This document shows, piece after piece, positions 19,415-29,610 of a stretch of 34,543 nucleotides of DNA; position 1 is the first letter of the stretch; the number at the start of each line of letters is the position of its first letter. The translations under genes and the position numbers were made by a program. The notes below the pieces were generated by a model. That model made no database searches and was not told the DNA's origin. It worked only from the letters and a program-made list of their open reading frames with translations. Origin of the DNA: a virus. Where the stretch lies: the UHGV virus genome UHGV-0068935; one strand, 5' to 3'.

Positions 19415-20156
19415 GCCTTACATTTCGCCTTTCCTGAGCCTGTATCACGCGCAGGCGCATGACGTTCTGCGAATGCTGCCGGAAAACAGTGTGGACGCGC
19501 TCATCACAGACCCGCCATACAGTTCAGGTGCCACACACAAGGCGGGGCGGACATGCCAGGGCAGCCACGCCAAATACATCAACGATGAAGATCTTCACCG
19601 CTTTGAAGGCTTCGAAGGCGAGAACATGGACGCCCGTTCATGGGAATACTGGACGCATCTGTGGATGACACAGGCATGGCGCACGGTACGACCCGGTGGT
19701 TACGCCCTGGTCTTCACCGACTGGCGGCAGTTGCCCGCGCTGACGGACGCATTCCAGGCCGCCGGTTTTACCTGGCGGGGGATCGTGGCATGGAACAAGG
19801 GACGGGCCTCAAGAACACCGCATACCGGTTATTTTCGTCACCAGTGCGAATATGTGGTCTGGGGCAGTAAAGGCGCGCTGGGCAAATCCCCTTCCGGGCC
19901 GTTCGACGGCTGCATCACGCACCACACACGCCCACAGGAGAAACAGCACCCGACAGGTAAACCGGAATCGTTGATGAATGAGCTTGTGCGCGTGTGTGAA
20001 CCCGGAGGGCTGATCCTCGATCCGTTTATGGGGTCCGGCACCACGGGCGTGGCCGCCCTTCGCCGGGGCTGCCGTTTTACGGGTATTGAACTGAACGCCC
20101 ACTATTTCAGCGTGGCACAGGCGCGCCTTACGGGGACGGAACAGAGGAGTGACTGA
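19404..20156 (+). CDS. Orphan DNA methyltransferase (N6-adenine or N4-cytosine, beta class)
   Basis: DPPY catalytic motif near the N-terminus (ITDPPYSS) and FMGSGTTGVAA AdoMet-binding motif near the C-terminus. Confidence 0.8.
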   Translation: MTHKPYISPFLSLYHAQAHDVLRMLPENSVDALITDPPYSSGATHKAGRTCQGSHAKYINDEDLHRFEGFEGENMDARSWEYWTHLWMTQAWRTVRPGGYALVFTDWRQLPALTDAFQAAGFTWRGIVAWNKGRASRTPHTGYFRHQCEYVVWGSKGALGKSPSGPFDGCITHHTRPQEKQHPTGKPESLMNELVRVCEPGGLILDPFMGSGTTGVAALRRGCRFTGIELNAHYFSVAQARLTGTEQRSD

Positions 20157-20494
20157 TGAAACTGAGCGAAAAACAACAACTGTTTGCCGTCATGATTGCC
20201 GATCTCATCCACTGGGCACAGGAGCACGGCTATCGCCTGACCTTCGGCGAGGCATACCGCACGCCGGAGCAGGCCGCACTGAATGCGAAAAGCGGAAAAG
20301 GCATTCGCAACAGCCTTCACACGCTGCGCCTCGCGGTGGACTTCAACCTGTTCATTAACGGCAAATACCAGGCCGACACCGACGCCTACAGGCCGCTGGG
20401 GGAATACTGGGAATCCATCGGCGGCACATGGGGCGGACGCTTCAGCCGGGCAGACGGCAATCATTTCAGCCTTGAGCACAACGGGATGAAATGA
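20156..20494 (+). CDS. Endolysin, M15-family zinc peptidase
   Basis: Zn-ligand pattern SLHTLRLAVDFN ... DGNHFSLEH typical of M15 peptidases; ATGA overlap; followed by spanins. Confidence 0.7.
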   Translation: MKLSEKQQLFAVMIADLIHWAQEHGYRLTFGEAYRTPEQAALNAKSGKGIRNSLHTLRLAVDFNLFINGKYQADTDAYRPLGEYWESIGGTWGGRFSRADGNHFSLEHNGMK

Positions 20495-20877
20495 TGAAAC
20501 AGCTGGCGGGCTGCCTGGTGATCCTCTTTGCCGCCATGTGGGCAGGCTGGCTGGCCCATGACTGGCATGACGCCAGGGTGGCACTTGCCGAACAGGAAGC
20601 CATGGAAGCCACGCGACGGGCGGTGACAGAAGCCGGGCAGCAGTCCGCCCGCATACTGGAAAAACGGCTGGAGGCGTTAAAGGGCAATGAAATTCACACT
20701 GAACGCGTTATTCACACGGAAACCGTCCGCCCGGTATTCCGCAATGTGTGCGCTACTGATGATTACGTCCGGCTGTTCAACGCCCGTGCTGAAGCCGCTG
20801 AACGTACCCTGGCAGGAAAACCAGCTGACGGAATGCCCGAAGACACTGCCGAGACTGGCAGGCCCGACGGGCGCTGA
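20491..20877 (+). CDS. i-spanin (Rz-like)
   Basis: N-terminal TM helix (LAGCLVILFAAMWAGWLA) followed by charged coiled-coil region; directly after endolysin. Confidence 0.55.
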   Translation: MMKQLAGCLVILFAAMWAGWLAHDWHDARVALAEQEAMEATRRAVTEAGQQSARILEKRLEALKGNEIHTERVIHTETVRPVFRNVCATDDYVRLFNARAEAAERTLAGKPADGMPEDTAETGRPDGR

Positions 20878-20980
20878 TTTTGATGCGGCACTGCGAACCC
20901 TCACGAGCCGCTACACCGAATGCGCCGCCAGGCATAACAGCCTGGTGGAAACCATACGAAACACGGAGAAACTGCAATGA
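20744..20980 (+). CDS. o-spanin (Rz1-like lipoprotein), overlapping the end of the i-spanin gene in another frame
   Basis: Lipobox-like LMITSGC after internal Met; extends past the i-spanin stop. Confidence 0.45.
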   Translation: MCALLMITSGCSTPVLKPLNVPWQENQLTECPKTLPRLAGPTGADFDAALRTLTSRYTECAARHNSLVETIRNTEKLQ

Positions 20981-21252
20981 CCACGAAGAACACCGGCACC
21001 ATCATCCTGTCCGTTGCGGGCGTAACCCTGAGCTTTGAACCGAACAAAACGGCATTTAACAACCTCATCAACGAAATCACGATGACCAACAAGGTGGCGC
21101 CGATGAGCACCTATCTTAACCGCATCGTGACGCCTGCCAGCCGCGACGCACTGGCTGACCTGATTGCGCGTTATCCGGGCTGTGAGATGCAGATCGTCGA
21201 GAAGATTAACGAGGTTTACTCCCCGAAACTGGAGATTGAGTTAAAAAACTGA
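20977..21252 (+). CDS. Tail assembly chaperone (gpE-like, 91 aa)
   Basis: 91 aa, same size as P2 E, immediately upstream of tape measure; ends in slippery heptamer A_AAA_AAC. Confidence 0.55.
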   Translation: MTTKNTGTIILSVAGVTLSFEPNKTAFNNLINEITMTNKVAPMSTYLNRIVTPASRDALADLIARYPGCEMQIVEKINEVYSPKLEIELKN

Positions 21253-21440
21253 CCGCGCGGGTCGAAAGCATCCGCCGCAATCCCCTTGAGCAGTATCTGG
21301 CATTGCGGCGTCACTACCTCCCCGGAGAGCCGGACGACGAAGAGAGCATCGCCCGTGCCATCTGGCTGGATGAATATTTTGCCCGTACCCGCGCCAACAA
21401 GACCGCTGAAGGTATAGCGATCGCATTTAACGGAAGGTGA
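20977..21440 (+). CDS. Predicted -1 frameshift fusion product of the tail chaperone (E+E'-like, about 152 aa)
   Basis: Slippery A_AAA_AAC at 21243..21249; the -1 frame is open for 62 codons and stops 1 nt before the tape-measure ATG. Confidence 0.5.
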
Positions 21441-21441
21441 C

Positions 21442-23628
21442 ATGGCCAGCCAGCTGGATTTCATTATCAATCTGACAGACCAGCTTACCCGCCCGCTGCG
21501 GCAGGTTCAGGAATCCGTGACGGGATTCGCCGAACGCTCGCAGGGCGCGTTCGCGCGTATCGGTGTGGGTGTGGCCGGACTGTGGGGCGTGGCCGAAGGT
21601 ATCCGCGCCGCGATGGATCCGGCGTGGGAGATGCAGAAGGCGCTGGGCGAGCTTGAGGCCAAAGGCGTCGGGGCGCAGGCGCTGACCGCCCTCACCACGC
21701 AGGCCATGAAACTGGGGACCGCATTCGGTCAGTCTTCCACGGAGATCATCCGTTCCGCATGGCATATTCGCGGCGCACTGGACGGACTGAGCGACGGGGA
21801 TTTACCCCGTGTGACGGCAGCAACCAGCACCCTGGCCGTGGCTGCCCGCGTCAGCAGCGAAGAGGCGAGCGGCTACCTTGCCGCCATGGGTGCCCGTTTC
21901 CGCAGTGAGTTTTCTGCCATGGGTGCCGTGGGGTTTGCTGAAGATCTGGCAGGTAAAACCGCGTGGATGGTTCAGCAGTTCGGCGTGGAAATGAGCACCA
22001 TGCAGGAGCTTATTGAGGGCACCAAAAACGCGGGCGCGGATTTTGGCGTCAGCATGGCAGAGCAGTTTGCCATACTGGGCACCCTGTCACGGACCATGGG
22101 CACCGAGGCATCGGGCATCTATGAGGAATTCCTGCGCAGTGCCCCCGCTGCCGCACAAAAAATGGGGATGAGTTTTGTTGATGCCACCGGGAAGATTTTA
22201 CCCATGGGTGACATCCTCGACCGTCTGCAGGCGAGGTTCGGCAGGAACATCGAGGGTAACGTGGCGGCACAACAGGCGCTGGATGACGCCTTCGGCAGTG
22301 GCGCGGACGTGATTAAAAAACTCTGGGGACAGCAGGAAATGCTTAACCGGAGCATATCAGCGCTGGGGCGTAATGACGGCATGAAGCGTGCCACGGAAAT
22401 GGCGGAAGCCATGACTGACCCGTGGGACCGCCTTGTGGCCTCCTTCTACAACATCCGGGCCGCCATCGGTAACGCCCTCTACCCCATTCTCGCACCACTG
22501 GCTGGCCGTTTTGCCGATATCGGCGCGACGTTCGTGCGCTGGCTGAACATGTTCCCGAACATCGCCCGCTGGCTGGGTTACATCACGCTGACCATGCTGG
22601 CGCTGGGCGCAGCCGGTGCGGTCACGAACATCGTGCTGGGTGTGTTCAGCTTCATCATGGAAGGCCATAAGGCCATCATAAAGGGCGCCAGGGCAGCCTG
22701 GAGTCTGTACACGCTTGCACTCACAAAAGTACGCAGTGCCATCATTGCCACCAGTCTTGCCGCGCGTCTGGCGGGCGTGTCGTTTCTGACCATGAGCGCC
22801 CCGGTCCTCCTGGTTGCCGCCGCCATCGCTGCTCTGGTGGTGGTGGCCATTAAGTTCTGGCAGCCCATCAAAGCCTTTATTCGCGGCTTTATTGATGGTT
22901 TTACCAGCGCACTGGACGCCATGAGCCCGGTGACTGCCGCGTTCGGTGACATTGCCCGGGCGCTGGCCCCGGTATGGCAGGGCATAAAAACACTGTTCAG
23001 TGCCTTCTCCGATCTGTTTGCACCGGTACAGCTGACCACGGGACAGATGAACAGCGTCACCCGTGCCGGGGAAACATGCGGTCGCGTGGTGGCCGCAGCG
23101 GTAAGCATGATATCCCCCGCGCTGGAGGTGGTTATCAGCGTGATCAGAACCCTGATCGACATCTTCGCCATCGTCATCAGAGGGTGGCAGGACGTGGTGG
23201 CTGCATTTGACCCGACCGCCCCGGTCGAATCCTTCCGGAAAATGGCGGGGATCATCGGTAACGTCTTCGGGGACTTATGGAACGTCATTAAAAACTCGTT
23301 TAACCGGACGTGGAACTGGCTTGCGGAAAAGCTGAACAAAATCCCCGGTATCAGTATCGACATGAAGCCCACGGAGCAGGTGAACACCATGACGCGGGGC
23401 GCAACAGGCAGCACCGTACCTCCGCAGATTGCAGAAACCGCCGTCCCGGCACTGGCAGGCAACCGCATCAGCGCAGAGCTGCCACCCGGAGGCATACGCA
23501 ACCAGATACGCACGGACACCTCAACCCGTATCGACAACAGCCGGACGTTCGGCAATCTGACAATCAACACGCAGAACCCGATGACGCCGGGGCAACTGGA
23601 TGAATGGACGGAGCTTTACGCGGGATGA
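21442..23628 (+). CDS. Tail tape measure protein (728 aa)
   Basis: Large Ala/Gly-rich protein with hydrophobic central segments, downstream of chaperone frameshift pair. Confidence 0.8.
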   Translation: MASQLDFIINLTDQLTRPLRQVQESVTGFAERSQGAFARIGVGVAGLWGVAEGIRAAMDPAWEMQKALGELEAKGVGAQALTALTTQAMKLGTAFGQSSTEIIRSAWHIRGALDGLSDGDLPRVTAATSTLAVAARVSSEEASGYLAAMGARFRSEFSAMGAVGFAEDLAGKTAWMVQQFGVEMSTMQELIEGTKNAGADFGVSMAEQFAILGTLSRTMGTEASGIYEEFLRSAPAAAQKMGMSFVDATGKILPMGDILDRLQARFGRNIEGNVAAQQALDDAFGSGADVIKKLWGQQEMLNRSISALGRNDGMKRATEMAEAMTDPWDRLVASFYNIRAAIGNALYPILAPLAGRFADIGATFVRWLNMFPNIARWLGYITLTMLALGAAGAVTNIVLGVFSFIMEGHKAIIKGARAAWSLYTLALTKVRSAIIATSLAARLAGVSFLTMSAPVLLVAAAIAALVVVAIKFWQPIKAFIRGFIDGFTSALDAMSPVTAAFGDIARALAPVWQGIKTLFSAFSDLFAPVQLTTGQMNSVTRAGETCGRVVAAAVSMISPALEVVISVIRTLIDIFAIVIRGWQDVVAAFDPTAPVESFRKMAGIIGNVFGDLWNVIKNSFNRTWNWLAEKLNKIPGISIDMKPTEQVNTMTRGATGSTVPPQIAETAVPALAGNRISAELPPGGIRNQIRTDTSTRIDNSRTFGNLTINTQNPMTPGQLDEWTELYAG

Positions 23629-23975
23629 ACACGCCATCGCTTTACATCGACCTGCTTATCACTGACGGCAGTTTTACGCTGAACAGCGGAAACGAGCCAC
23701 AGCGATGTGATAACCGGGTCAGCATCGGCCAGGACGTGGTGCACAGCATTATCGAAAGCGGGATCGCCGCCCTGCTTATCGGCGAACGCAGCCCGACGCT
23801 GCGCAGCGACATCATTACCCGGCTTATCCTCCTGGTTGAGGATGATGAACGGCTGGTTCCGGGGACGGTGTTCATTAACGAAGAGGCACCGGGCAGGCTG
23901 CATGTGACGGCAGAGACACAGGATTTTGGACGCATAAACACCAGGGTGAACTATGAAAGGGAAACCGGACGTTGA
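23625..23975 (+). CDS. Putative tail/baseplate protein (116 aa)
   Basis: ATGA overlap with tape-measure stop; position between tape measure and baseplate J-like gene. Confidence 0.4.
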   Translation: MNTPSLYIDLLITDGSFTLNSGNEPQRCDNRVSIGQDVVHSIIESGIAALLIGERSPTLRSDIITRLILLVEDDERLVPGTVFINEEAPGRLHVTAETQDFGRINTRVNYERETGR

Positions 23976-25137
23976 TTTTAATCAGGTATTCCGTGAAAGC
24001 GGTATGCCGGAAACAGAAGAAGAGATCGCCACCCTCTTTCATGAGGATGTACAGAAAACCGGACTCATCACCAACACCTCGCCCATGAGTCCCTTCTGGC
24101 GGCTCATTCTGACCATTGTCATACGACCCGTTCAGTGGCTGCGTGATGCGCTGGTTGACGTTGTGCTGCCCGGTATGTTTGTCGCCACGGCTGACCGGTC
24201 ACTTCTTCTGCTTCATGCGCACGACGTCAACATCACCCCAAAACCGGCCAGTAAGGCCAGTGGCGTGATCTGGTTTGCCAAAACCAGGGCAAATGATGAT
24301 GTTCTCATCCCCGAAGGGACCATCGTCCAGACCGCCAGAATTAACGGCGTGATATACAGCATGGCCGTCACGGAGGAAACGCTTATCAGCAGCGGTAAAA
24401 GCGGCGCATCCGTTCCCGTGGAAGCCACCACCGAAGGCAGCGGGCACAACCTCGCGCCGGGGTACTTCCGTATCCTTCCCGTTGCCATTCCCGGCATTGC
24501 ATCCGTGGTGAACCGGGAAGACTGGCTGACCGTACCGGGTGCCGATGAGGAAAGCGACGACGAACTGCGCGACAGAATACGCAACCAGTTTAACCTCGTG
24601 AGCAGTTACCACACGGATGCCGTCTACCGGGGACTTATCGCCAGCGTGGCAGGCCTGAGCATCGACCGGATCTACTTTCAGCACGACGCCCCGAGAGGAC
24701 CGGGAACGGCCAACGCCTACCTGTTACTGGACAGCGGCGAGGCCTCTGCCCCTTTCATTGAAGCAGTCAACCGCTACATCAACGAAGAGGGGCACCACGG
24801 ACACGGGGATGATTTGCAGTGTTTCGCCATGCCGGAGACGCGTCACCGTCTGGACGTCACCGCATACATCAGAAGTTCCACCACCCTGCCACCGGACGGC
24901 GCGGAAGGGCTGAAACAGGATATCGGCGACCTGATACGCTGCGCTTTCCGGGAGAACGCCCGCTTTAATGTGAAAAAAGTCTGGCCCTATTCGCGCTTTT
25001 CGTTTTCCACGCTGGGCAAGGAAATTCATCAGACCTTCCCGGTGGTGGCTTCGGTTCAGTTTTCACTGGAAGACATCATCAGCGATCTGGCCGTGCCACG
25101 GCTCGAATCCCTGACAGTGGAGGTGGTCATTGAATGA
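23953..25137 (+). CDS. Baseplate J-like protein (gpJ/gp47 family)
   Basis: 394 aa; position and size fit baseplate J proteins. Confidence 0.5.
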   Translation: MKGKPDVDFNQVFRESGMPETEEEIATLFHEDVQKTGLITNTSPMSPFWRLILTIVIRPVQWLRDALVDVVLPGMFVATADRSLLLLHAHDVNITPKPASKASGVIWFAKTRANDDVLIPEGTIVQTARINGVIYSMAVTEETLISSGKSGASVPVEATTEGSGHNLAPGYFRILPVAIPGIASVVNREDWLTVPGADEESDDELRDRIRNQFNLVSSYHTDAVYRGLIASVAGLSIDRIYFQHDAPRGPGTANAYLLLDSGEASAPFIEAVNRYINEEGHHGHGDDLQCFAMPETRHRLDVTAYIRSSTTLPPDGAEGLKQDIGDLIRCAFRENARFNVKKVWPYSRFSFSTLGKEIHQTFPVVASVQFSLEDIISDLAVPRLESLTVEVVIE

Positions 25138-25678
25138 CTTTTTGCAGCGGCTTCGCTCGCTGAAACTGCCCTCCTGGATGGACAGGGGGGAACCCGACAA
25201 ACTGCTGCGGGCCGCGCAGGCGTTCTGGTCCCGCGTATGGGAATGGATCACCTGGCCCGTGCGCCAGTTTGACCCCATGACATGTGCAGAGCCCGTACTT
25301 GATTTACTGGCATGGGAGCGGGACATCACCCGTTTTAAAGGTGAACCCACATCACTGTACCGCCGCCGTATCGCCCACGCCTTTGTCAATGCACAGGACG
25401 CCGGAGAGGTGGCAGGATTTATTGCCATTTTTGAACGGCTGGGCATTGGACATGTGGAGTTGCAGGAGCGCAAGCCCGGCGTGGACTGGGATGTGATCCT
25501 GGTGCAGGTGACAGACAGCCAGATAGCCGACAACAGCGATCTTCTTCTGGAGATCATCCGCAAATATGGCAGGACATGCCGCCGTTACCGTTTTGAGGTG
25601 GAAACCCTTAACCCCTTCATCATCCATTATGGCGCATACGAAGGGGAGTATATCTGCTGGACGGCCAGGGCAGAGTGA
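25130..25678 (+). CDS. Tail protein I-like
   Basis: 182 aa (P2 I is 176), between J-like gene and tail fiber; TTG start in track. Confidence 0.45.
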   Translation: MNDFLQRLRSLKLPSWMDRGEPDKLLRAAQAFWSRVWEWITWPVRQFDPMTCAEPVLDLLAWERDITRFKGEPTSLYRRRIAHAFVNAQDAGEVAGFIAIFERLGIGHVELQERKPGVDWDVILVQVTDSQIADNSDLLLEIIRKYGRTCRRYRFEVETLNPFIIHYGAYEGEYICWTARAE

Positions 25679-25700
25679 ATGACTGAAGGAGTATGACTTT

Positions 25701-27761
25701 ATGGCGAAATCTGTAATTACCAGCGCCTTTATCCGGCTCAAGGCACAGCAGGCGGCGGAAGGCACCCCCGTTGTGCTGGATGAGTTTGTTTTTGCAAACG
25801 TCCCGGACCTCAACCCGGAAACACCGGTATCCCCCGACGAAACCCTGCCACCTGAAGATCAGATTGTTCACCGCCAGGCCGTTGGCAAAACCGGCGTGGT
25901 GAATGAGAATGCCGTGGTTTATTCGGTCACCCTGGGGGCAGAGCTGGGTGATTTTGAATTTAACTGGGTGGGACTGGTCAGCAAAGCAACCAGCACGCTG
26001 GCCATGATTGTTCACGCCCCCACACAGAAAAAAATCAGAACCCACAACGGTAACGAAGGTAATGTGCTGGTCCGTTCCATGCTCATGGAGTACAGCGGTG
26101 CGAAGGAAGCCACAGGTATCACCACCCCGGCGCAGACCTGGCAGATAGACTTCACGGCACGCCTGGCGGCCATGGACGAGCGCCAGCGCCGGGAAAACAT
26201 CGATATTTACGGTAACGCTGCATTCTTTGGGGACGGCTGGCTGGTTAAAAAAGGCGAAAGATGGTCACTCTGCAAAGGGACCGGTTACGTGGAGGGATTA
26301 CGCGCAGAGCTGACCGAAGACATACCGCTGACCACGCCAGACTTCCCGTCCCGTATCTGGCTGACAGTATGGTGGACCGGTACGCTCACCAGTGAATGGA
26401 CGGTGGAGCACGATATTATCATGGCCGACCCCGCCGCCACGGAAGAGATCCTGCTGGAGGCACACAGGAAGGAGGCCGCCCGGCAATATTTTTTTGCCCT
26501 TGCTGACATTGATGAAGACGGCAACGTGACTGACCTGCGCCCCAGAGGAACGCCGGAAGAACGCCGCTGGCTGGACGCTCTGAAAAAACACGAGAAATCA
26601 CGCAACCACCCGGACGCAACGCTGAAAGAAAAGGGCTTCACACAGTTAAGCAGCGCCACCACCAGTACATCAGAGACACAGGCAGCCACGCCAAAGGCTA
26701 TAAAGATCGCCATGGACAACGCCGATGGTCGGCTTGCGAAAAACCGCAATGGTGAGGACATCCCCAACAAGGAGCTGTTCCTGATCAACGTGGGCGCACC
26801 ACGCGTTTATGCAAAAGACGGGTACGTGGGTGAAGCAGGGCAACGCTGGACAACAGAACAATTCGTGGAATGGCTGAATGAACGTGGCGCCTTCAGACCA
26901 GGACTCTGGATATTCAAAGCCAATATTTCACTTTCCCGGCACAGCGTGCTCACTGATACGGGCTATGGTGATATCTGCCTTGGAGGCTGCCTTATCGAAG
27001 TATCAGGCGACATCAACGGGGGGATCATCAGGATCACGACAGGTCTCGAAAGCCCAAACCCTGCCGACATGTACCTCCGCACACAGTTCACCGGGGTTGT
27101 TTTAAATAAAGGGAAAAGCACCATCTGGTACCGCACTTACACGGACAAAAACAAACCCACACCACAGGACATCGGCGCACTGCCTGCAAGTGAGTTGTTA
27201 CCCGCAGGCGTTCCCCTGCCGTGGCCGTCAGACACCCCACCTGCCGGTTACGCCATCATGGTGGGGCAGACATTCGATAAAGCACGATATCCCCTGCTGG
27301 CAAAAGCCTATCCGGATGGTCGTATCCCGGATATGCGTGGCTGGACAATCAAGGGAAAACCTGCCAGCGGTCGTGCGGTATTGTCACAGGAGCAGGACGG
27401 CATCAAATCGCACACCCACGGAGGGAGCGTCTCAAATACTGACCTTGGCACAAAAACGACCTCATCCTTCAATTACGGCACAAAAACAACAAACAGCGCG
27501 GGGCCGTTCAGCGCAACAATATCATTAAGAACCGCCACCGCGTCACCGGAAGGCAGCGGTGACTGGACCGCATACGGGCCGGGCTCCGGGGCGAACCTGA
27601 TCGCCAGAGTTTCGGAACACACACATTCGGTAAGCATTGGCGAACACATCCACACGCTCGCACTGGGTCAACATGGCCACGGCCTGACCATTAACCCCAC
27701 CGGTAATGCGGAAAACACCGTCAAAAACATCGCATTTAACTACATCGTGAGGCTTGCATAA
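25701..27761 (+). CDS. Tail fiber protein
   Basis: 686 aa; C-terminal His-rich repeats ([23 protein letters not shown]) typical of fiber tips; followed by fiber assembly gene; GAAGGAG RBS. Confidence 0.75.
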   Translation: MAKSVITSAFIRLKAQQAAEGTPVVLDEFVFANVPDLNPETPVSPDETLPPEDQIVHRQAVGKTGVVNENAVVYSVTLGAELGDFEFNWVGLVSKATSTLAMIVHAPTQKKIRTHNGNEGNVLVRSMLMEYSGAKEATGITTPAQTWQIDFTARLAAMDERQRRENIDIYGNAAFFGDGWLVKKGERWSLCKGTGYVEGLRAELTEDIPLTTPDFPSRIWLTVWWTGTLTSEWTVEHDIIMADPAATEEILLEAHRKEAARQYFFALADIDEDGNVTDLRPRGTPEERRWLDALKKHEKSRNHPDATLKEKGFTQLSSATTSTSETQAATPKAIKIAMDNADGRLAKNRNGEDIPNKELFLINVGAPRVYAKDGYVGEAGQRWTTEQFVEWLNERGAFRPGLWIFKANISLSRHSVLTDTGYGDICLGGCLIEVSGDINGGIIRITTGLESPNPADMYLRTQFTGVVLNKGKSTIWYRTYTDKNKPTPQDIGALPASELLPAGVPLPWPSDTPPAGYAIMVGQTFDKARYPLLAKAYPDGRIPDMRGWTIKGKPASGRAVLSQEQDGIKSHTHGGSVSNTDLGTKTTSSFNYGTKTTNSAGPFSATISLRTATASPEGSGDWTAYGPGSGANLIARVSEHTHSVSIGEHIHTLALGQHGHGLTINPTGNAENTVKNIAFNYIVRLA

Positions 27762-28357
27762 TGACCTTTAAAATGAGCGAACACCCACAGACAATTAAAA
27801 TCTACAACCTGTCAGCCGGAACAAATGAATTTATCGGCGGAGGCGATGCCTGGATCCCTCCGCATACCGGACTGCCTGCGCACTCAACGGACATTGCCCC
27901 GCCTGACATTCCTGAAGGACACGTGGCTATCTTTGATGAGGATGAAAACACCTGGCACCTCATGGAAGATCACCGGGGTAAAACCGTCTGGCGTCTGGAG
28001 TCGGGAAGCGCCTTACTGATTACTGAGCCGGGCCCGTTACCGGAAAACGTGACCATAATAAAACCGGACGGGGAGTTCTGCCGCTGGGACGGGTCATCAT
28101 GGGCTAAGGATGAAGCGGCAGAACAGGCTTACCGGGTGAGCGAGGCGGAGAACAAAAAACGGGAATTAATACAGGAAGCAACAAATACAATAAACATCCT
28201 TCAGGATGCCGTGGATTTAAATATGGCGACCGACGATGAAAGCGCCCTGCTTCCCCTGTGGAAAAAATACCGGGTATTACTGAGCCGGACAGACACGGGC
28301 AACGCACCGGATATTGTCTGGCCGGAATCCCCTTCGCCGGATCATCACGCAGGCTGA
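27761..28357 (+). CDS. Tail fiber assembly protein (Tfa/gpG family)
   Basis: C-terminal [45 protein letters not shown] motif characteristic of Tfa chaperones. Confidence 0.75.
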   Translation: MTFKMSEHPQTIKIYNLSAGTNEFIGGGDAWIPPHTGLPAHSTDIAPPDIPEGHVAIFDEDENTWHLMEDHRGKTVWRLESGSALLITEPGPLPENVTIIKPDGEFCRWDGSSWAKDEAAEQAYRVSEAENKKRELIQEATNTINILQDAVDLNMATDDESALLPLWKKYRVLLSRTDTGNAPDIVWPESPSPDHHAG

Positions 28358-28368
28358 CCGGAGGCACC

Positions 28369-29094
28369 ATGACGTGGACAAGAAAAACAATCAGCGTCAG
28401 CGCAGACATGCCCCCGCTGAGCTGTTCCGTCATCCCCGTCACACCGTGGACTTACGGGCTGGGACGATATGAAGAATCGGGGGTATATTTAAGCCCCCCG
28501 AACGCCATAAACTGGCTGGCCGGGAAAATGGCCGGAAGCCGTGCATCCGGCGACGTGACCATTATCATGATTGCCGAAAACACCCACGATCTTTTTATAC
28601 AGTCAATGGCGGCACTGACCGCCGTTCTGCCCGTGCCGGTATTCACGCAGGCACAGCGCATGGCACAGGCTGCCGCCAGTCTGAGCACTGACAAAATGCA
28701 AATCCCGATCACCACCGACACCCTGCCCGCACCTGTTCATTTTTCCGTTGCCACAATACGCAGCGCAGTCAGTGCCGCCCGTGCAGCACAGGCCAGGCAG
28801 CTGGCAGCACAACGCCCGGATGCCGCAGGGCTTCGCCGCCAGATAAGCCGCTTTATCAGCAGACGGGCTGGCGCACTTGCCGGACTGGAAGAGGGGATCA
28901 GAACACTGGCAGAACAGAAGGCGCAGGCCTGGGTATTTCAGTACCGGGGGTATCACCGCGCCGCAGCGGCGGCCATGGTGAAGGATATCCCGGCACCGAC
29001 CGCCGTACATACTGTGGCCGCACTCCTGGCGGCAGACTCATTAACCGAACTGGGGAAAATGATCCATGAGCCAGACCGCACTGCTCGCCCTTGA
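28369..29094 (+). CDS. Hypothetical tail-associated protein (242 aa)
   Basis: GGAGG RBS; Ala/Arg-rich; in late operon. Confidence 0.35.
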   Translation: MTWTRKTISVSADMPPLSCSVIPVTPWTYGLGRYEESGVYLSPPNAINWLAGKMAGSRASGDVTIIMIAENTHDLFIQSMAALTAVLPVPVFTQAQRMAQAAASLSTDKMQIPITTDTLPAPVHFSVATIRSAVSAARAAQARQLAAQRPDAAGLRRQISRFISRRAGALAGLEEGIRTLAEQKAQAWVFQYRGYHRAAAAAMVKDIPAPTAVHTVAALLAADSLTELGKMIHEPDRTARP

Positions 29095-29110
29095 TGGTGA
29101 GGGTATTTTC

Positions 29111-29608
29111 ATGCAGAACATGGTGATTTCGCCCTCGATGCAGTTCCAGGAAAAGGACCAGTCCGGTCAGACATCGAGCACCGCGAACGCCGAGCAGGGC
29201 ATCAAGGCCAAAGAGCTTCGCGTAACCGGGATGATCACCTTTGACAATGAGCGGGCCCTTCAGCGCATTTTCCAGCTGGCCTCTGCCACCACCGGGGACG
29301 GTGCCCTGAAAGTTTACCGTATCGCAAACGCCACCGCTGCCGCCATTAACTTTCGTGAAGGGACATTTTCCGGGCAGATAGACGCACAGCAGCAGACCGA
29401 CCGCCTCGCCTGGCAGGTCAGCTTCACATTACGCGAAAGACGAAGCGTACCGGAAAAACGCCAGGCACGCGCCGCACCCGCCAGCAGCCGTAAACAGACA
29501 CCGCAGACGCCCGGCGCAAAAGGCAAAACCGTGGCCGACGAAACACCGGAGAAAATGACCTGGTTCGAAGAAAAGGTCCTCAAACCCGTCAATGATGCGC
29601 TGGAGTAA
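29111..29608 (+). CDS. Putative tail protein (gpU-like size, 165 aa)
   Basis: Position before the large terminal tail gene; start uncertain (29066 or 29111). Confidence 0.3.
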   Translation: MQNMVISPSMQFQEKDQSGQTSSTANAEQGIKAKELRVTGMITFDNERALQRIFQLASATTGDGALKVYRIANATAAAINFREGTFSGQIDAQQQTDRLAWQVSFTLRERRSVPEKRQARAAPASSRKQTPQTPGAKGKTVADETPEKMTWFEEKVLKPVNDALE

Positions 29609-29610
29609 CC

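Noticed and set aside
22578-23570. 330-aa minus-strand ORF inside the tape measure gene
   Set aside because: Antisense frame within a high-GC gene with a clear sense-strand product; typical spurious long ORF. The same reasoning applies to other embedded antisense ORFs such as 7308..8189, 11476..12066, 13280..13795 and 15240..15830.
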